From contig JAUFOR010000006.1 in NCBI GenBank assembly GCA_040285745.1, positions 434,001 through 498,000 on the forward strand: DNA of 64,000 bases. Direction: 5' to 3'. The DNA comes from Barthelona sp. PCE (Eukaryota). Below are positions 9,126 through 20,004 of the stretch, in pieces; the first letter of the stretch is position 1, and every line of letters begins with the position of its first letter. A program made the translations under genes and the position numbers. The notes beneath the pieces were generated by a model, which ran no database searches, was not told the origin of the DNA, and saw nothing but the letters and a program-made list of their open reading frames with translations.

Positions 9126-12100
9126 ATGCTTACATGGCCAAATTCCAAAATTTTGGATCTGTTCATGAAGTGCAGCACGTCTATTAGCACCGCTGGGGAC
9201 CAAGAAACTCAGAACACGCAAGATTTTCTGATCTATGTATTAGAAAGTCAGAACGAGCGTTTACAACAATTTCTTAACTTTTGGGAAATTGAGGAAAACC
9301 CCGCAATTCCACCAGAATACTCAGAGATCATACTCATGGAGAACGATAAAGTCATCCTCGAACCTGAGTTAAGGTATTTGATGGATAGTTTTTGTCAAAG
9401 CACATCCATGAGTTTTATTTCAGCAATTGACTTATGGTATTCATACAAGACACATGTGTGCCTCACCGATGTTAACAGTATCAGCTATTTAGACGATCTT
9501 CTGCAGTTTTATGCTTCAGAACGTATTGCCATGATTTCGATCTACATCGAGATAATGCATCTATACAACTACGCACACACACAGGACGTGCGCGAGCAGG
9601 AAACTCTCTGCAACCCAGTATTCCCAGGTATCGAACGACTTATTACAGACATCATACCTGACCGAGTTGGTTTTGTGAATGAGTTGATTTCTTTACTATG
9701 CGATCTACCGACACCAGAGGAGCAGGCCAAGGTCCTTGAGTTGCTTGTTGTACTCACGTATGACTTTGTTAGAGGTGATGTATCCTTGATCAATGCTATT
9801 GTTGAAGTCACAAAGTCAAACAGTGATAATGATCCGTTGATGGCCCTTGTCATCCTCAGTTCGCTCCGTATTGAGGAGCTAACACAGCAGGACCACTTTA
9901 TCCACGATGAACCCGTCTGTCTCAAATCCTTGTTTGATTTGATCGAAAAGTGGGACATGTCTGGTTCAAATGAAGCGCGAGATCTCCTCTCGTTGGGTTT
10001 GCTCGTCTCTGTCCTCAAGATATGCGAGGATACCCCGCCAGAGCACACAACACATACACACGCTGACGTTGTCATGAGGAAGGTTCTTGAAGTTATTAAT
10101 CTTGAGGAGGCATTCCTTGCTTTCGAACGCATGTGCGTTAAAAGAGAAAGTGTATCTAATACAGCAATAACAACAATCTCACATATTGTCTTCCAACTCT
10201 GTATGACTTCAATTGCTTATTTCCCTGATATGTCATTGCTCTCGTATCTCGACAGCGTAATCATGCTGTTGTCCGTTGTCTTTCGCACTGAACCAGTCTG
10301 CGTGGATATGTTTATTGATTCAGAACAGTATGAAAAAATTGAAAACATTGTTTTAGGACTGTTCCCAGTCACTATTGAACCACTTTTAAATTTATACATG
10401 TGTATCATCAACAGGCACACGTGCTCAGATATATTCATGAGATTAGCAGCGATCCAAAGTTTTGTCGTCATGCTACCAAGCTCCAACGACAGTCTCACAA
10501 CAGTATCAGGCGATGATCTCTCAAGTGTTATGCTGAAACGCCCCTTTAAGCAGTGGGCGTACACGTTCGAGAAGGGAACTACTGGAATGCTCTTGGATGA
10601 AGAGATTCTTGAGCTGCTAGATCTACCACGAAACGTTGTTCCGGTGCAACTATTCCCCATGGGGGAGGCAAGCATCTTTGAGTGCATCATTGACTGTTAC
10701 AACGCACAGATTACGAACAAAAACCAGGATTGTGACCTGAGACCACGCATACTCAGCTTCTTGGCAGTTTGTATAAGTTACTGTGAAGCAGATTTACGCA
10801 CTCAGATGATTGATACAATTCTTCCATCCAAGCAGTTCAGAAAGTTCTTATTCCAGGTTCTACAATCGGGTGTTGCAGAGAATAACAAAGAATTATTGTC
10901 AAGTGCTTTATATTTAATGAGCGTAGCTTTACGCACCACAATGCTAAGCCATGTGGATGTGGAGAAGCTTACAAGACTGCTACTTTCCTTAATTGACATG
11001 GGTTCACCAGAGATTCTTTCAAGCGTACTTAAATTTATGCCTTCTCTCATTATTTATTTTTCTTCACCTCGTGCAGTTTGTGATGATAGTAGCATGGAAA
11101 TGTCCCTGGGTTTTTCTCTCACCACAGCTGCGGACATTACTAACGTTGAGACTTCGGCTAACAGCACAAACGTAGAGAAATTGATCGAGATTTATGAAAC
11201 GCTCTCACAACCATCATTTTTACAAGATATTCAAAACTATTTCAATGATTCACAGATATTTACCGAACGGAATAAGAAACTAGGGCTTAAAACACTCTTA
11301 TTCGATAGTCTTTATCTTATCTTCCGTGTAGCATATAATATGTTTACTCTTTCACTGCAAACAAAGGGTGATATACTCTTCTTTAGGTTGTGCGAAATTA
11401 CCATGAGCAACGGCGTTTTCTTAAATATTCTTTTGCAAGAGGTCATGCTCCCCTTCCGCTTTGATATCAATTTCTTCCTTATTCAGAACTTAAACTCCGC
11501 TGATGACACCGCAAACAGTAAGTACAGGCATATTAAACTAAGTGTTGACCTCCTGGTATTAAGCCTTTCTATTTTGAAGCTGGTTTTATACTATGTTCAA
11601 TTTTCGTTTGAATTATCGGATGAATCAAAGCAGGGTATCGTACACACTGCTCTATTCAACATGCTGTTTGGGAAACGTAACGCATCAATCGTACGTGCCC
11701 TACTCCAAATTGTCGGCTCAGAACTACCAGTTGCAATGGCACCATCCCTCATGTATTTATGTTTTGAGAATCTGGCAATCATTGGTGAGCTCTCCTCATA
11801 CTTTGATAACAAACCTATGCTTCTTGACCATCTCTTCTCTGACTTTACAATGGATAGTGCCTCATTCAACTCCAACCTTGATAGTGGATCCATCCAGAAA
11901 ATTTCCAGCACATTGGTTCTATTCTCAAGGCTTGAGGATTCTACCTCTGTGGTCAATGCTGCGTTCTTCAGGTTCCTGTCAGTGTTTGTGACCCACCAAC
12001 CATTGGTCAGTCTGTTCTTGCTTAACATCGATATGGGTCAGAAATCCTACTTTTCAACAGTCATTGATGCCTTCACTGATGGTAACATCAATCCTGATTT

Positions 12101-14831
12101 CCTTGTTGGTTTTGTGGATGTCCTCCGTTTATTTGTTTCAAATGCTTATAAAACTGCTTATCGTAAGTTTGTTGGAGACATATTTGACGCCAAGTGCATC
12201 GAATTCCTAACGGAGATCGTCAACATGAACTGCGCCTCGTCAATTGCAATCATGGCACTACATACCACAACGCTCAACCTTGTGACGGAGCTTATTCACT
12301 TTGGCAACAATGTCAAAAATGAATTTATCGTTAAAAATTTCTCTGCGTTATTACAATCATTCGTTGAGAGCGATATGTCAGTGCTGTTCAGCGGCGTAAC
12401 TGATGAACTGCGCACTTTGATCACAGATCTCCCGGAACAATGTTACCTTTTGCTGAGTTCTCTCCCTTCTGTTTCTGAACAAGATCCAGAGAATGAGTTG
12501 GAAGATCAGTTCGCAGAGCTTCCAATCTCTATTGCAGAGTCCCAACTGCTGTCCACGAAGCAAAACAGGAGAAAACGCCGTTTCACTGGAGACAAAACCT
12601 CCACAACGCTGGATGATCTCGTTGTTCACACCCCTGCCAAGCAGATGACACGCAAGATGCAGTCATCCATGCGCATGTCCCATTCGAAAATGACAGCCTC
12701 AAGCCACGTGTTCACATCACACTTGGCCTCTACTCTTGGTCCATCATCAGCTCCCAATGAAAAGCATCAACAGTGGGATTGGCCTGAGAACAGATGGTTC
12801 TCACCAGAACTTACACTGCTACAGAGTGAGGATCTCCGATCATTCGACAATGCAATCTTTTTCGAGACAGTTGTTGATCTTTTTGCTGTTGCCTCAACAC
12901 TAGACACGACTGTTTTTGGGTTTGACTCTGTACAGATTACTAACTTCAATACGTTTGACACCGATTACATTGACAGGCAACACAGATTAGCTGAACCATG
13001 GCTCTTGCTTAATGCATTCATTGATGTACATGAAAATTCTCCTTTGTTTCTATTCAAGGCTATCGATGACGGATACAAGCAGTTATTGTGTGTGTTGAGA
13101 TATATGAATGCTGTGGACAGGATGCTTTACATAGGTGAAAAGAATGCCAATACCGTTCGAAAGGATTTGCTCAAGATGCTTCTGGAGATGCTCGCCGAGT
13201 TGGGTCATACGCTCAGCCAGTCGGAGTTCGTCAACAGTCAGCCCCTGGGCCTGCGTAACATCATGAGCTCTTTGGTGATTGGTATTTGTGACACAATATG
13301 TGCATTATCACTTTCTATCTCAAAACAACACTGTGAAATGTGCTCAATTGATGTTATGCTCCCTACTTTGTTGAAAATTTTCAACGGTTTTACTGTTTTC
13401 GCAACAGGTACTGGTCTAGCATCTGTACTACGTGCCTCTATCGATGTTGTCCGGTTACTCCAGCGTAAGACTGTGACAACGCCCATCAATGGTGTGTCAG
13501 AGATGCTCGAGTCAACACTGACTGTGTTGCGCCAATTGATGGCCAAGAGCGATGATTCTGCTAACATGGTGTTGGTGCTTCAACTGATATGCGAGTACAT
13601 ATCACTCACACAGAGCTCACTGTCTGACATCTACCCGTTCATGGCATCCAACTTGGTGCAGACGATAAGCGGTGTTGGCTTCGGATCTTCGTTGAAGGAG
13701 CTGACCATAACCGTCATTAATGAAGTTGTGTATGACGATGATGACACGCTGAAGAGATTACATTCCCTCGTCGAGGCAATGGCTGCGTTGAGCAAGAGTG
13801 AGCACGGTGCCCAATTCATTGAAGAAGTTGGAGCGTCTGCGCTTTTAATCGGTGCACCTACCCTCTTTGTAGAAGATATTAGAAAACTTCGTGCAAAGGA
13901 TATGATGCGTTGCGCGACTGTGTTCAACTTCTATGCGCAGATGGTACAATCACTCAAGTATCCCTCTTCTTCTGTTCTCCACTTTGCTCTCCAACAATTC
14001 CAGTTTATTCTCAAGGGTTTGAAGTTAAGGAGCAAAATCATACATATGAACCTTCACTTGACGCAAGCCATAGCCAATTTTGTTCTTGGAATCGTTGTTG
14101 AGCCTAATCATTCGATCATCGACGCACTAACCATTAACAACAAAAAATTCTTCCCTCTGTTGAGTAGCTCAATCCTGACACTTGCTTACCAGATCGTAAA
14201 GGTTCTCTTCACACCAAATGATGAACGCGCAAAGGTCACAAAGATTAAAACAGCTGATCTAGAAACGATGTTGCTCAGACTTCTCTTCACAACATTGCAG
14301 TATGTAACGACGGTAACAAACGTACCACCAACAATGACAGGTTCCGTCAGTGTAGAGCACGCACTGTTTTCTGGCTCTGCAGCTGTCTTTTTCTGGGCAT
14401 CTTTGTCGCTCTCGAACCCACACACAAATGGGCCACCACCTGTTGGAATGTTGCTTGCAATCATAAACTTTGCTAGTGCAACGTTGGCCAGTGGTTCATC
14501 CAGCTTCCCATCAAGCCCATCTTCACTTATGCGTAGATCCCCCATCCGCAGTCCAAGTATGAGTCCAATTCGCGGTGTATCAATTGCTCCGTCACTCGTA
14601 CCCAACAAGCACTCTATCCCGTCAGTGGGAACAGCGCCCCAGTTGACAAAGCTAACACTGAATTGTGCAGAATGTGCTGCACTCATTCTTGTTCGTGCAG
14701 TAAGGCAATATGAGGATGCCAAGATCATTGCAAACACAGTCAATTCAATAGAGACGCTGCAGTCATGCGTCGAGGACGAAGGTTCAACAGATTTCTTAAT
14801 GAGTTTGCTGACCATTCTCAAAAGTGGTTAA
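9126..14831 (+). CDS. Large scaffold nucleoporin, Nup188-like (Nup188/Nup205 family)
   Basis: 1901-aa alpha-solenoid; FYASER, FP...PLL.L and F.KGTTG blocks match the Nup188 N-terminal pattern. Confidence 0.65.
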   Translation: MLTWPNSKILDLFMKCSTSISTAGDQETQNTQDFLIYVLESQNERLQQFLNFWEIEENPAIPPEYSEIILMENDKVILEPELRYLMDSFCQSTSMSFISAIDLWYSYKTHVCLTDVNSISYLDDLLQFYASERIAMISIYIEIMHLYNYAHTQDVREQETLCNPVFPGIERLITDIIPDRVGFVNELISLLCDLPTPEEQAKVLELLVVLTYDFVRGDVSLINAIVEVTKSNSDNDPLMALVILSSLRIEELTQQDHFIHDEPVCLKSLFDLIEKWDMSGSNEARDLLSLGLLVSVLKICEDTPPEHTTHTHADVVMRKVLEVINLEEAFLAFERMCVKRESVSNTAITTISHIVFQLCMTSIAYFPDMSLLSYLDSVIMLLSVVFRTEPVCVDMFIDSEQYEKIENIVLGLFPVTIEPLLNLYMCIINRHTCSDIFMRLAAIQSFVVMLPSSNDSLTTVSGDDLSSVMLKRPFKQWAYTFEKGTTGMLLDEEILELLDLPRNVVPVQLFPMGEASIFECIIDCYNAQITNKNQDCDLRPRILSFLAVCISYCEADLRTQMIDTILPSKQFRKFLFQVLQSGVAENNKELLSSALYLMSVALRTTMLSHVDVEKLTRLLLSLIDMGSPEILSSVLKFMPSLIIYFSSPRAVCDDSSMEMSLGFSLTTAADITNVETSANSTNVEKLIEIYETLSQPSFLQDIQNYFNDSQIFTERNKKLGLKTLLFDSLYLIFRVAYNMFTLSLQTKGDILFFRLCEITMSNGVFLNILLQEVMLPFRFDINFFLIQNLNSADDTANSKYRHIKLSVDLLVLSLSILKLVLYYVQFSFELSDESKQGIVHTALFNMLFGKRNASIVRALLQIVGSELPVAMAPSLMYLCFENLAIIGELSSYFDNKPMLLDHLFSDFTMDSASFNSNLDSGSIQKISSTLVLFSRLEDSTSVVNAAFFRFLSVFVTHQPLVSLFLLNIDMGQKSYFSTVIDAFTDGNINPDFLVGFVDVLRLFVSNAYKTAYRKFVGDIFDAKCIEFLTEIVNMNCASSIAIMALHTTTLNLVTELIHFGNNVKNEFIVKNFSALLQSFVESDMSVLFSGVTDELRTLITDLPEQCYLLLSSLPSVSEQDPENELEDQFAELPISIAESQLLSTKQNRRKRRFTGDKTSTTLDDLVVHTPAKQMTRKMQSSMRMSHSKMTASSHVFTSHLASTLGPSSAPNEKHQQWDWPENRWFSPELTLLQSEDLRSFDNAIFFETVVDLFAVASTLDTTVFGFDSVQITNFNTFDTDYIDRQHRLAEPWLLLNAFIDVHENSPLFLFKAIDDGYKQLLCVLRYMNAVDRMLYIGEKNANTVRKDLLKMLLEMLAELGHTLSQSEFVNSQPLGLRNIMSSLVIGICDTICALSLSISKQHCEMCSIDVMLPTLLKIFNGFTVFATGTGLASVLRASIDVVRLLQRKTVTTPINGVSEMLESTLTVLRQLMAKSDDSANMVLVLQLICEYISLTQSSLSDIYPFMASNLVQTISGVGFGSSLKELTITVINEVVYDDDDTLKRLHSLVEAMAALSKSEHGAQFIEEVGASALLIGAPTLFVEDIRKLRAKDMMRCATVFNFYAQMVQSLKYPSSSVLHFALQQFQFILKGLKLRSKIIHMNLHLTQAIANFVLGIVVEPNHSIIDALTINNKKFFPLLSSSILTLAYQIVKVLFTPNDERAKVTKIKTADLETMLLRLLFTTLQYVTTVTNVPPTMTGSVSVEHALFSGSAAVFFWASLSLSNPHTNGPPPVGMLLAIINFASATLASGSSSFPSSPSSLMRRSPIRSPSMSPIRGVSIAPSLVPNKHSIPSVGTAPQLTKLTLNCAECAALILVRAVRQYEDAKIIANTVNSIETLQSCVEDEGSTDFLMSLLTILKSG

Positions 14832-16546
14832 AATCCTTTACACAGTAAATCAAAAAGTTGATCGCTGTTGAGCTCTGAGTGATTGCGAATGTATCTCACG
14901 AATTTGGTAAACTCATCTCTTTTGAAAGAAAAATTCAGAGTAGCAACACGTTTAGTTCGATCTTGTTCTGCAATAAAAGGGTGTTGCAGACATTCTTGGA
15001 GCGTGATGCGTTGCCTGGGATCACGAATAAGCGTCCTTTCCAATAGATCCTTTAGATGTTTGTCTTGAACACTACTAAAATCAATGTCATAATTGCTATC
15101 TATAATAGCCAAAAGTTTCTCACCCATGTTTCTCAAATGGTGGAATGGGGGTCGGCCATACACCATTTCATACAGAATACAACCTAAACTCCAAACATCC
15201 GCTTCGAATCCACTGGCAAAATCATTGTTTTTTTGCCATTTTTGTAATGATTCTGGACAGATATAATTAAGAGTTCCCACTAGATCCTTTTGATGCACGT
15301 GTACTGTACCTTCGTGTTCAAATTGTTTAGCTATACCAAAATCTATCAATTTCAATTCTTCATTCACAAATAAAAAATTTTGAGGTTTTAAATCCCGGTG
15401 AATGATTCCTTCTTTATGTATCACACCAACGCACTTGCACATCTGTGTGAATGTTTTGCTTATCCACGGTAAACAAATATCCGAATTTTCTCTTGTCCTT
15501 CGCAATAATTGATGCAAATCCTCTCCACCAAGCTCTAAAACAAAATGAATCTCATCATCATGCTCTTCAAACGCGTGCAGCCTGATGATACCCTCAGCAT
15601 TGGCTTCTGTTAACTTTGCTAATAAATTTGCTTCATTGATTAGTAGTTCATAAAAACGTTCATTTTTGCTACCGTATTTTGTTACTTTTAGAGCATAATT
15701 TTGATCTGACACGGCATCTCTAACCCTAAATACCTGACAACTTCCTCCTCTACCTATCAGCTCCTTCATAATATACTTATTTCCACCAACAAAAACAAAC
15801 TCTTCTTCTTCCTCTTCTTCTTCCACTGCTATTTCTACTTTCTCCTCAACCTCATCGACTAAGACGGGTTTCTCTTCGTGTGGTATTTTCTTCTTAACAG
15901 GCGCTGGCTCAATTTGAAGAGGCACAGGACTTTTAGATGATCTGCTCATCTCTGGACTTGGTGTTGTCCTTATCGGCATTCTCTTTGGCCTGGGGGTGGC
16001 TGTGAGGGGTTCACTTGGTATTGTTACCCTCGGTGGAGTTCTTGGACGCGTTTTTCGTAAACTTTTTCGATTTCTAGAACGACGTCCACGACCACTAACT
16101 CTTTTTCGCATCAATGTCTGATCCTCCTGTGGCTTCTGCTTCAGAAGTTCGTCTGATTTACCCATATCTTGTGGTTCAGAAATATATTCTTCAATATCTG
16201 ACCGATTCCGTAACTGAATAAAGAATTGAATAGCAGTCTGCTTTCCTTCACTCTTTTTAATAGCCATTGCAATGTTTTTAATTGTGTTTGTGTCCATATC
16301 ATTCAGTATTCTTTCCCTATACGGTAAAAAGAATAGGAAACAACCATTGTCCACTGTGCCTTTGCAAATAGCTTCAGAATATATACGTAACATGGATAAA
16401 AACACATCGTCTTCATCGTTGTACTGTCCCATCAGTTCACGCGCTGAATCAAAGTCTTGCGCATTTAATAAATGCTCTAAATGCTCGATTCTGTCGGATC
16501 CATTGCCGTTTCTTGGCTTTATGGCCGATTTGTGTGATGCTGACAT
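14828..16546 (-). CDS. MPS1: Mps1/TTK dual-specificity spindle-checkpoint kinase
   Basis: IGRGGSCQVF, HRDLKPQNFL, KLIDFGIAK, VGTLNYICPE, DVWSLGCILYEMVYGRPPF, K..AI; helical N-terminus; ATG at 16546. Confidence 0.85.
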   Translation of the reverse strand: MSASHKSAIKPRNGNGSDRIEHLEHLLNAQDFDSARELMGQYNDEDDVFLSMLRIYSEAICKGTVDNGCFLFFLPYRERILNDMDTNTIKNIAMAIKKSEGKQTAIQFFIQLRNRSDIEEYISEPQDMGKSDELLKQKPQEDQTLMRKRVSGRGRRSRNRKSLRKTRPRTPPRVTIPSEPLTATPRPKRMPIRTTPSPEMSRSSKSPVPLQIEPAPVKKKIPHEEKPVLVDEVEEKVEIAVEEEEEEEEFVFVGGNKYIMKELIGRGGSCQVFRVRDAVSDQNYALKVTKYGSKNERFYELLINEANLLAKLTEANAEGIIRLHAFEEHDDEIHFVLELGGEDLHQLLRRTRENSDICLPWISKTFTQMCKCVGVIHKEGIIHRDLKPQNFLFVNEELKLIDFGIAKQFEHEGTVHVHQKDLVGTLNYICPESLQKWQKNNDFASGFEADVWSLGCILYEMVYGRPPFHHLRNMGEKLLAIIDSNYDIDFSSVQDKHLKDLLERTLIRDPRQRITLQECLQHPFIAEQDRTKRVATLNFSFKRDEFTKFVRYIRNHSELNSDQLFDLLCKGF

Positions 16547-16621
16547 AGTGAAAAATAAAAAAACCCGTAAGTTTGTGTTTTTCAACGAAAAAGGGTAAAT
16601 TTTGTCAATATGCAACAATCA

Positions 16622-18253
16622 TCATGCTCGTTTATTTAAAAGTGTCTCCGCCATAATGTCCTTTAAAAACTTCATTTGCTCACGTGACAGATCAGATTCA
16701 GTGGAACCCTGCATTATCGAAATTGCTTTCTCCAATTGTCCTGAATAATACAATACTTTTGCATACAACCAACCGTTATATGCTGTGTTCTTGGATTCAA
16801 ACACTTCCTTTGCAATATCTAAAGCAATTTCCATGTATGTTTCCATCAAAATTGACTGAGAATCTTTCTCCTTTGAATAAATTAATGAAAGCAACAACAC
16901 TGAGCCCATGTAGTATTTTTCTATCTGATACAGCTCTCTTTTATCTTCTGTAAACATAGCCGAATGGATAGAATAAAACGCATCATTATATCTATTATTA
17001 GAGCATAAAACTAAGCCCACTTGGGCATGTAACAGTCCTGACGGCCACGGCTGCGTTTCATGCTCTTCAGGTAATCCAGAGGCAAGTGTAAACAGTGTTG
17101 TAACTTTCTTGTCGTACACTTCCATAATCCTCAGATAAGCAAGCTTAACTGTATCTGCATGTGGATACAGCCTCACTGAAAGCCTCAACGCAGCAAGGGC
17201 TTTGTCCATGATGTTACCACATGTCGATATATATGAAACACATAACACAGCAGAAATGATGTTTCTATACGATACTTTCACCAATAAAGAAGCGATTTTC
17301 TCGATATCAGGTTGCTTTTCACATAAAAAATTGTAAATCGCGTGAGCAAAGAAGCAAAAATCTGGGGCAAAATCTGTCATTGATTTGAAATCAAAAATAT
17401 TCGATATTGCACAATGTATCCTCTCCATAAGCACCTTGTTGTGTGTTTTTAGCGCAAATAGGCAAGCAGAGATGGCTATTTCTTCATCCCATAATAAATC
17501 TATTGCCTTCTCACTGAAGAAATACCCTGTATCAGGTCTACACTGATATACATTCATACATACTCTCTCAAAGCTCGCACGCCCCTCATATATGGGTTTT
17601 TGCTCGACATTCTCTGCATCTGCAATGGTGATGAGTCCTTTATGTTGCTCGTTCGCGTCAGGTAATGGTACGAGCCATTCAATTGAGAACTTAATATGGC
17701 TTCGCAGGAACAACAACGCCCTATCTCCTTCTGGAAGCGGGTCCAACAATTTAAAAAAAATATTTTCAGAGATCAAGTGTAGACACCATATATAATCCAT
17801 TGCAATCACGAAAAACGTCTGTTCGTTGGTAGATTCGGTCCAGTGTAGCACATTTTCAACCATTATTCGCTTGCAACGCTCAACATCTGCTTTTCCACGA
17901 TAATAACAATCTGCCAGCAAGAACTGACATTTTGGTGTGTCAAGAATATCAACTTCGTACATAAAGGCGCGATCAAAGACGCTTATTGCATCCTCGTACT
18001 TCCTTTGCTGAAAGAGAGAAAGAAGGTAAACCCAAATCATTTCAGGAGCACAATAATGCAATATAGGATCTACCATGAGACCGATATGTACAAATTTGCC
18101 CTCGTTAAACCATCTAACAACTTGAGAAATACCAACAGAAGATGAACATTCAACAAACTGTGCATCTATGTATCGTAAACGCGATAAGTGACAGTCATAC
18201 GCACTTAATGAGCTGAATGGGTACCCATCATCAATTATTTCAACTGACTCCAT
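16622..18253 (-). CDS. TPR protein, divergent APC/C subunit Cdc16/APC6-like
   Basis: 543 aa; N-terminal VR.F....F....D..WVYLL.LF...Y..A..CQFLLADC, ALAALRLSVRLYP and H.VGLV....Y..A echo Cdc16 TPRs. Confidence 0.55.
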   Translation of the reverse strand: MESVEIIDDGYPFSSLSAYDCHLSRLRYIDAQFVECSSSVGISQVVRWFNEGKFVHIGLMVDPILHYCAPEMIWVYLLSLFQQRKYEDAISVFDRAFMYEVDILDTPKCQFLLADCYYRGKADVERCKRIMVENVLHWTESTNEQTFFVIAMDYIWCLHLISENIFFKLLDPLPEGDRALLFLRSHIKFSIEWLVPLPDANEQHKGLITIADAENVEQKPIYEGRASFERVCMNVYQCRPDTGYFFSEKAIDLLWDEEIAISACLFALKTHNKVLMERIHCAISNIFDFKSMTDFAPDFCFFAHAIYNFLCEKQPDIEKIASLLVKVSYRNIISAVLCVSYISTCGNIMDKALAALRLSVRLYPHADTVKLAYLRIMEVYDKKVTTLFTLASGLPEEHETQPWPSGLLHAQVGLVLCSNNRYNDAFYSIHSAMFTEDKRELYQIEKYYMGSVLLLSLIYSKEKDSQSILMETYMEIALDIAKEVFESKNTAYNGWLYAKVLYYSGQLEKAISIMQGSTESDLSREQMKFLKDIMAETLLNKRA

Positions 18254-18461
18254 TCAAGGAAAAGGATAGAATTGTGAAGCAAACAATTTTTATTGACTTT
18301 GATAATTCATCTCTGTTGGGTTTGGGGCTTTCAAAACTACCAAACGATGAGAACTTGGATGTAATTCTGCATTCAGAAAGGAAGTCAACTAAATTAAACT
18401 CCCAAAAGATGAACAAAGATAGAAGTGCATATTCAATTTTCCAACACAATTCATTTTTATA

Positions 18462-18761
18462 ATGACGCGTAAAGTACATATCATTGAGAAAAATGGGGAT
18501 AGCATATTCGAAAAAACGCGAAGGGTATTGCAAGACATGTTTTTGGGCTGTGAATGTGAGTTGAGAACGGAACGAACATCAATAACCACACTAATAGCAT
18601 GTGTAGAGATCATTAAAAAGTGCTGCGACCCTGAAAGCCTTCATACAGACTACATACTTGAAGAAAAGTCTATTCGTCGTACCAATACAAAGATTTCAAA
18701 CTTGGGACTGGAAGAGACCGTCTACACACCAGTCCTTCATTGTATTTGTAAGCTTGTATAA
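18462..18761 (+). CDS. Small Alba-fold protein (Rpp25/Rpp20/Alba-like)
   Basis: 99 aa; ITTLIACVEIIKK resembles the Alba AI.KAI...EIIKR helix; terminal P.L.(C)I strand. Confidence 0.45.
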   Translation: MTRKVHIIEKNGDSIFEKTRRVLQDMFLGCECELRTERTSITTLIACVEIIKKCCDPESLHTDYILEEKSIRRTNTKISNLGLEETVYTPVLHCICKLV

Positions 18762-18917
18762 TTGTCAATTAAAGTTTTTTTGTTTATTGTCTCATTAGCG
18801 TATCCTGTGTCTGTAGCCAACCGAAATGTAAATATATTGTGTGTACTGTGAGATCGCTTCGTCCCAATGTATCACTGAACTTGAATTTGATTTTTTTACT
18901 TTTAACGTACCTTAGTG

Positions 18918-19982
18918 ATGTTGGAATTGATTCTAAGTATCCTTGGTGTCATTGTTTTCGTGGTGCTCATCTTCCTACGCATGGGAGCAATCATTGTCAG
19001 ACAATCTGAGAAGGTAGTCATTGAGAAGTTCGGTTCGTTCCATAAAGTTCTAGATTCTGGCTTCCATTGGTTCTTCCCGGGCATATACGCCAAACGCGAG
19101 AAGATTTGGACTAAGTACATGTTCAACGCTAAAGGAAAATTGATTGAGTATTCAGTCAGTGATTTCCGTATTGATATGAGAGAGCAGGTGTTTAGGTTCG
19201 ACTGCACAGGTGTGTACACAAACGATGGTGCAAGAGTTAACGTCCAAGCTCTTCTTTATTACAGAGTCAACGATGCTCAAACTTGTATGTACGAAATAAG
19301 TGATTTGCAATCTGCCCTCGCACCTACCGCCCAGACCCTCATCAAGGAGTCTTTTGGTAAGCTTAGCTTTATAGAATCACTCTCATGTCAGGAATTTATT
19401 AACTCCCATATTGAATCATGGGGAGCTATGTTTAGTAAGTGGGGTATTTATGTTGAACGTCTTGAAATTATTGAGATTGATCCTACAGGACAAGTTTTGG
19501 AGTCGATGTCTCGCCAGTTGTTTGCTGAACGTGATCGTCGTGGACGTATTGCTCATATGTCAGGTGAATCCGCAAAGATGCAGCTTGTTTCAGAGGGTTC
19601 AAAGGTTGCTGCAGCCAATATGGGTATTGCAGAAGCAGAAGTGTCAAAGAAAACTTCTCAAGGTGAATCTGAAGCAACAATTATTATGGCCCAAGCTGAC
19701 ATAGATGCATTAGAGGTGCTACATCAAGCTATTTCAGTTGATGAGAACCGTTCAAAGACGCGTGCTACAAACTTCTTGATTGCACAAAACTATCTTGATA
19801 TGATTAAATTTTTAGGGCAAAACAAAGATCTGAACAAAACCATCTATTTCCCGTATCCTGTCGAGTTAAGTGGAGCTATTAAAGGCGTTACAGAACAACT
19901 TTCTAATATTCGTCGTGAACCTACCTTGCAAGTACCAATTACTCAAACTGAACCAGAAGATGAATTTGATGATTTAAATTAA
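18918..19982 (+). CDS. SPFH/Band 7 (stomatin-like) membrane protein
   Basis: N-terminal TM, IVRQSEKVVIEKFGSF..VLDSGFH, KWGI.VERLEI.EIDP, AER.RR coiled coil. Confidence 0.9.
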   Translation: MLELILSILGVIVFVVLIFLRMGAIIVRQSEKVVIEKFGSFHKVLDSGFHWFFPGIYAKREKIWTKYMFNAKGKLIEYSVSDFRIDMREQVFRFDCTGVYTNDGARVNVQALLYYRVNDAQTCMYEISDLQSALAPTAQTLIKESFGKLSFIESLSCQEFINSHIESWGAMFSKWGIYVERLEIIEIDPTGQVLESMSRQLFAERDRRGRIAHMSGESAKMQLVSEGSKVAAANMGIAEAEVSKKTSQGESEATIIMAQADIDALEVLHQAISVDENRSKTRATNFLIAQNYLDMIKFLGQNKDLNKTIYFPYPVELSGAIKGVTEQLSNIRREPTLQVPITQTEPEDEFDDLN

Positions 19983-20004
19983 AAAAATTCTATGTAAATA
20001 CAAC

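Noticed and set aside
18240..18613. Short minus-strand ORFs between the TPR gene and the Alba-like gene
   Set aside because: They overlap the better plus-strand ORF and the promoter spacer; no protein-like features
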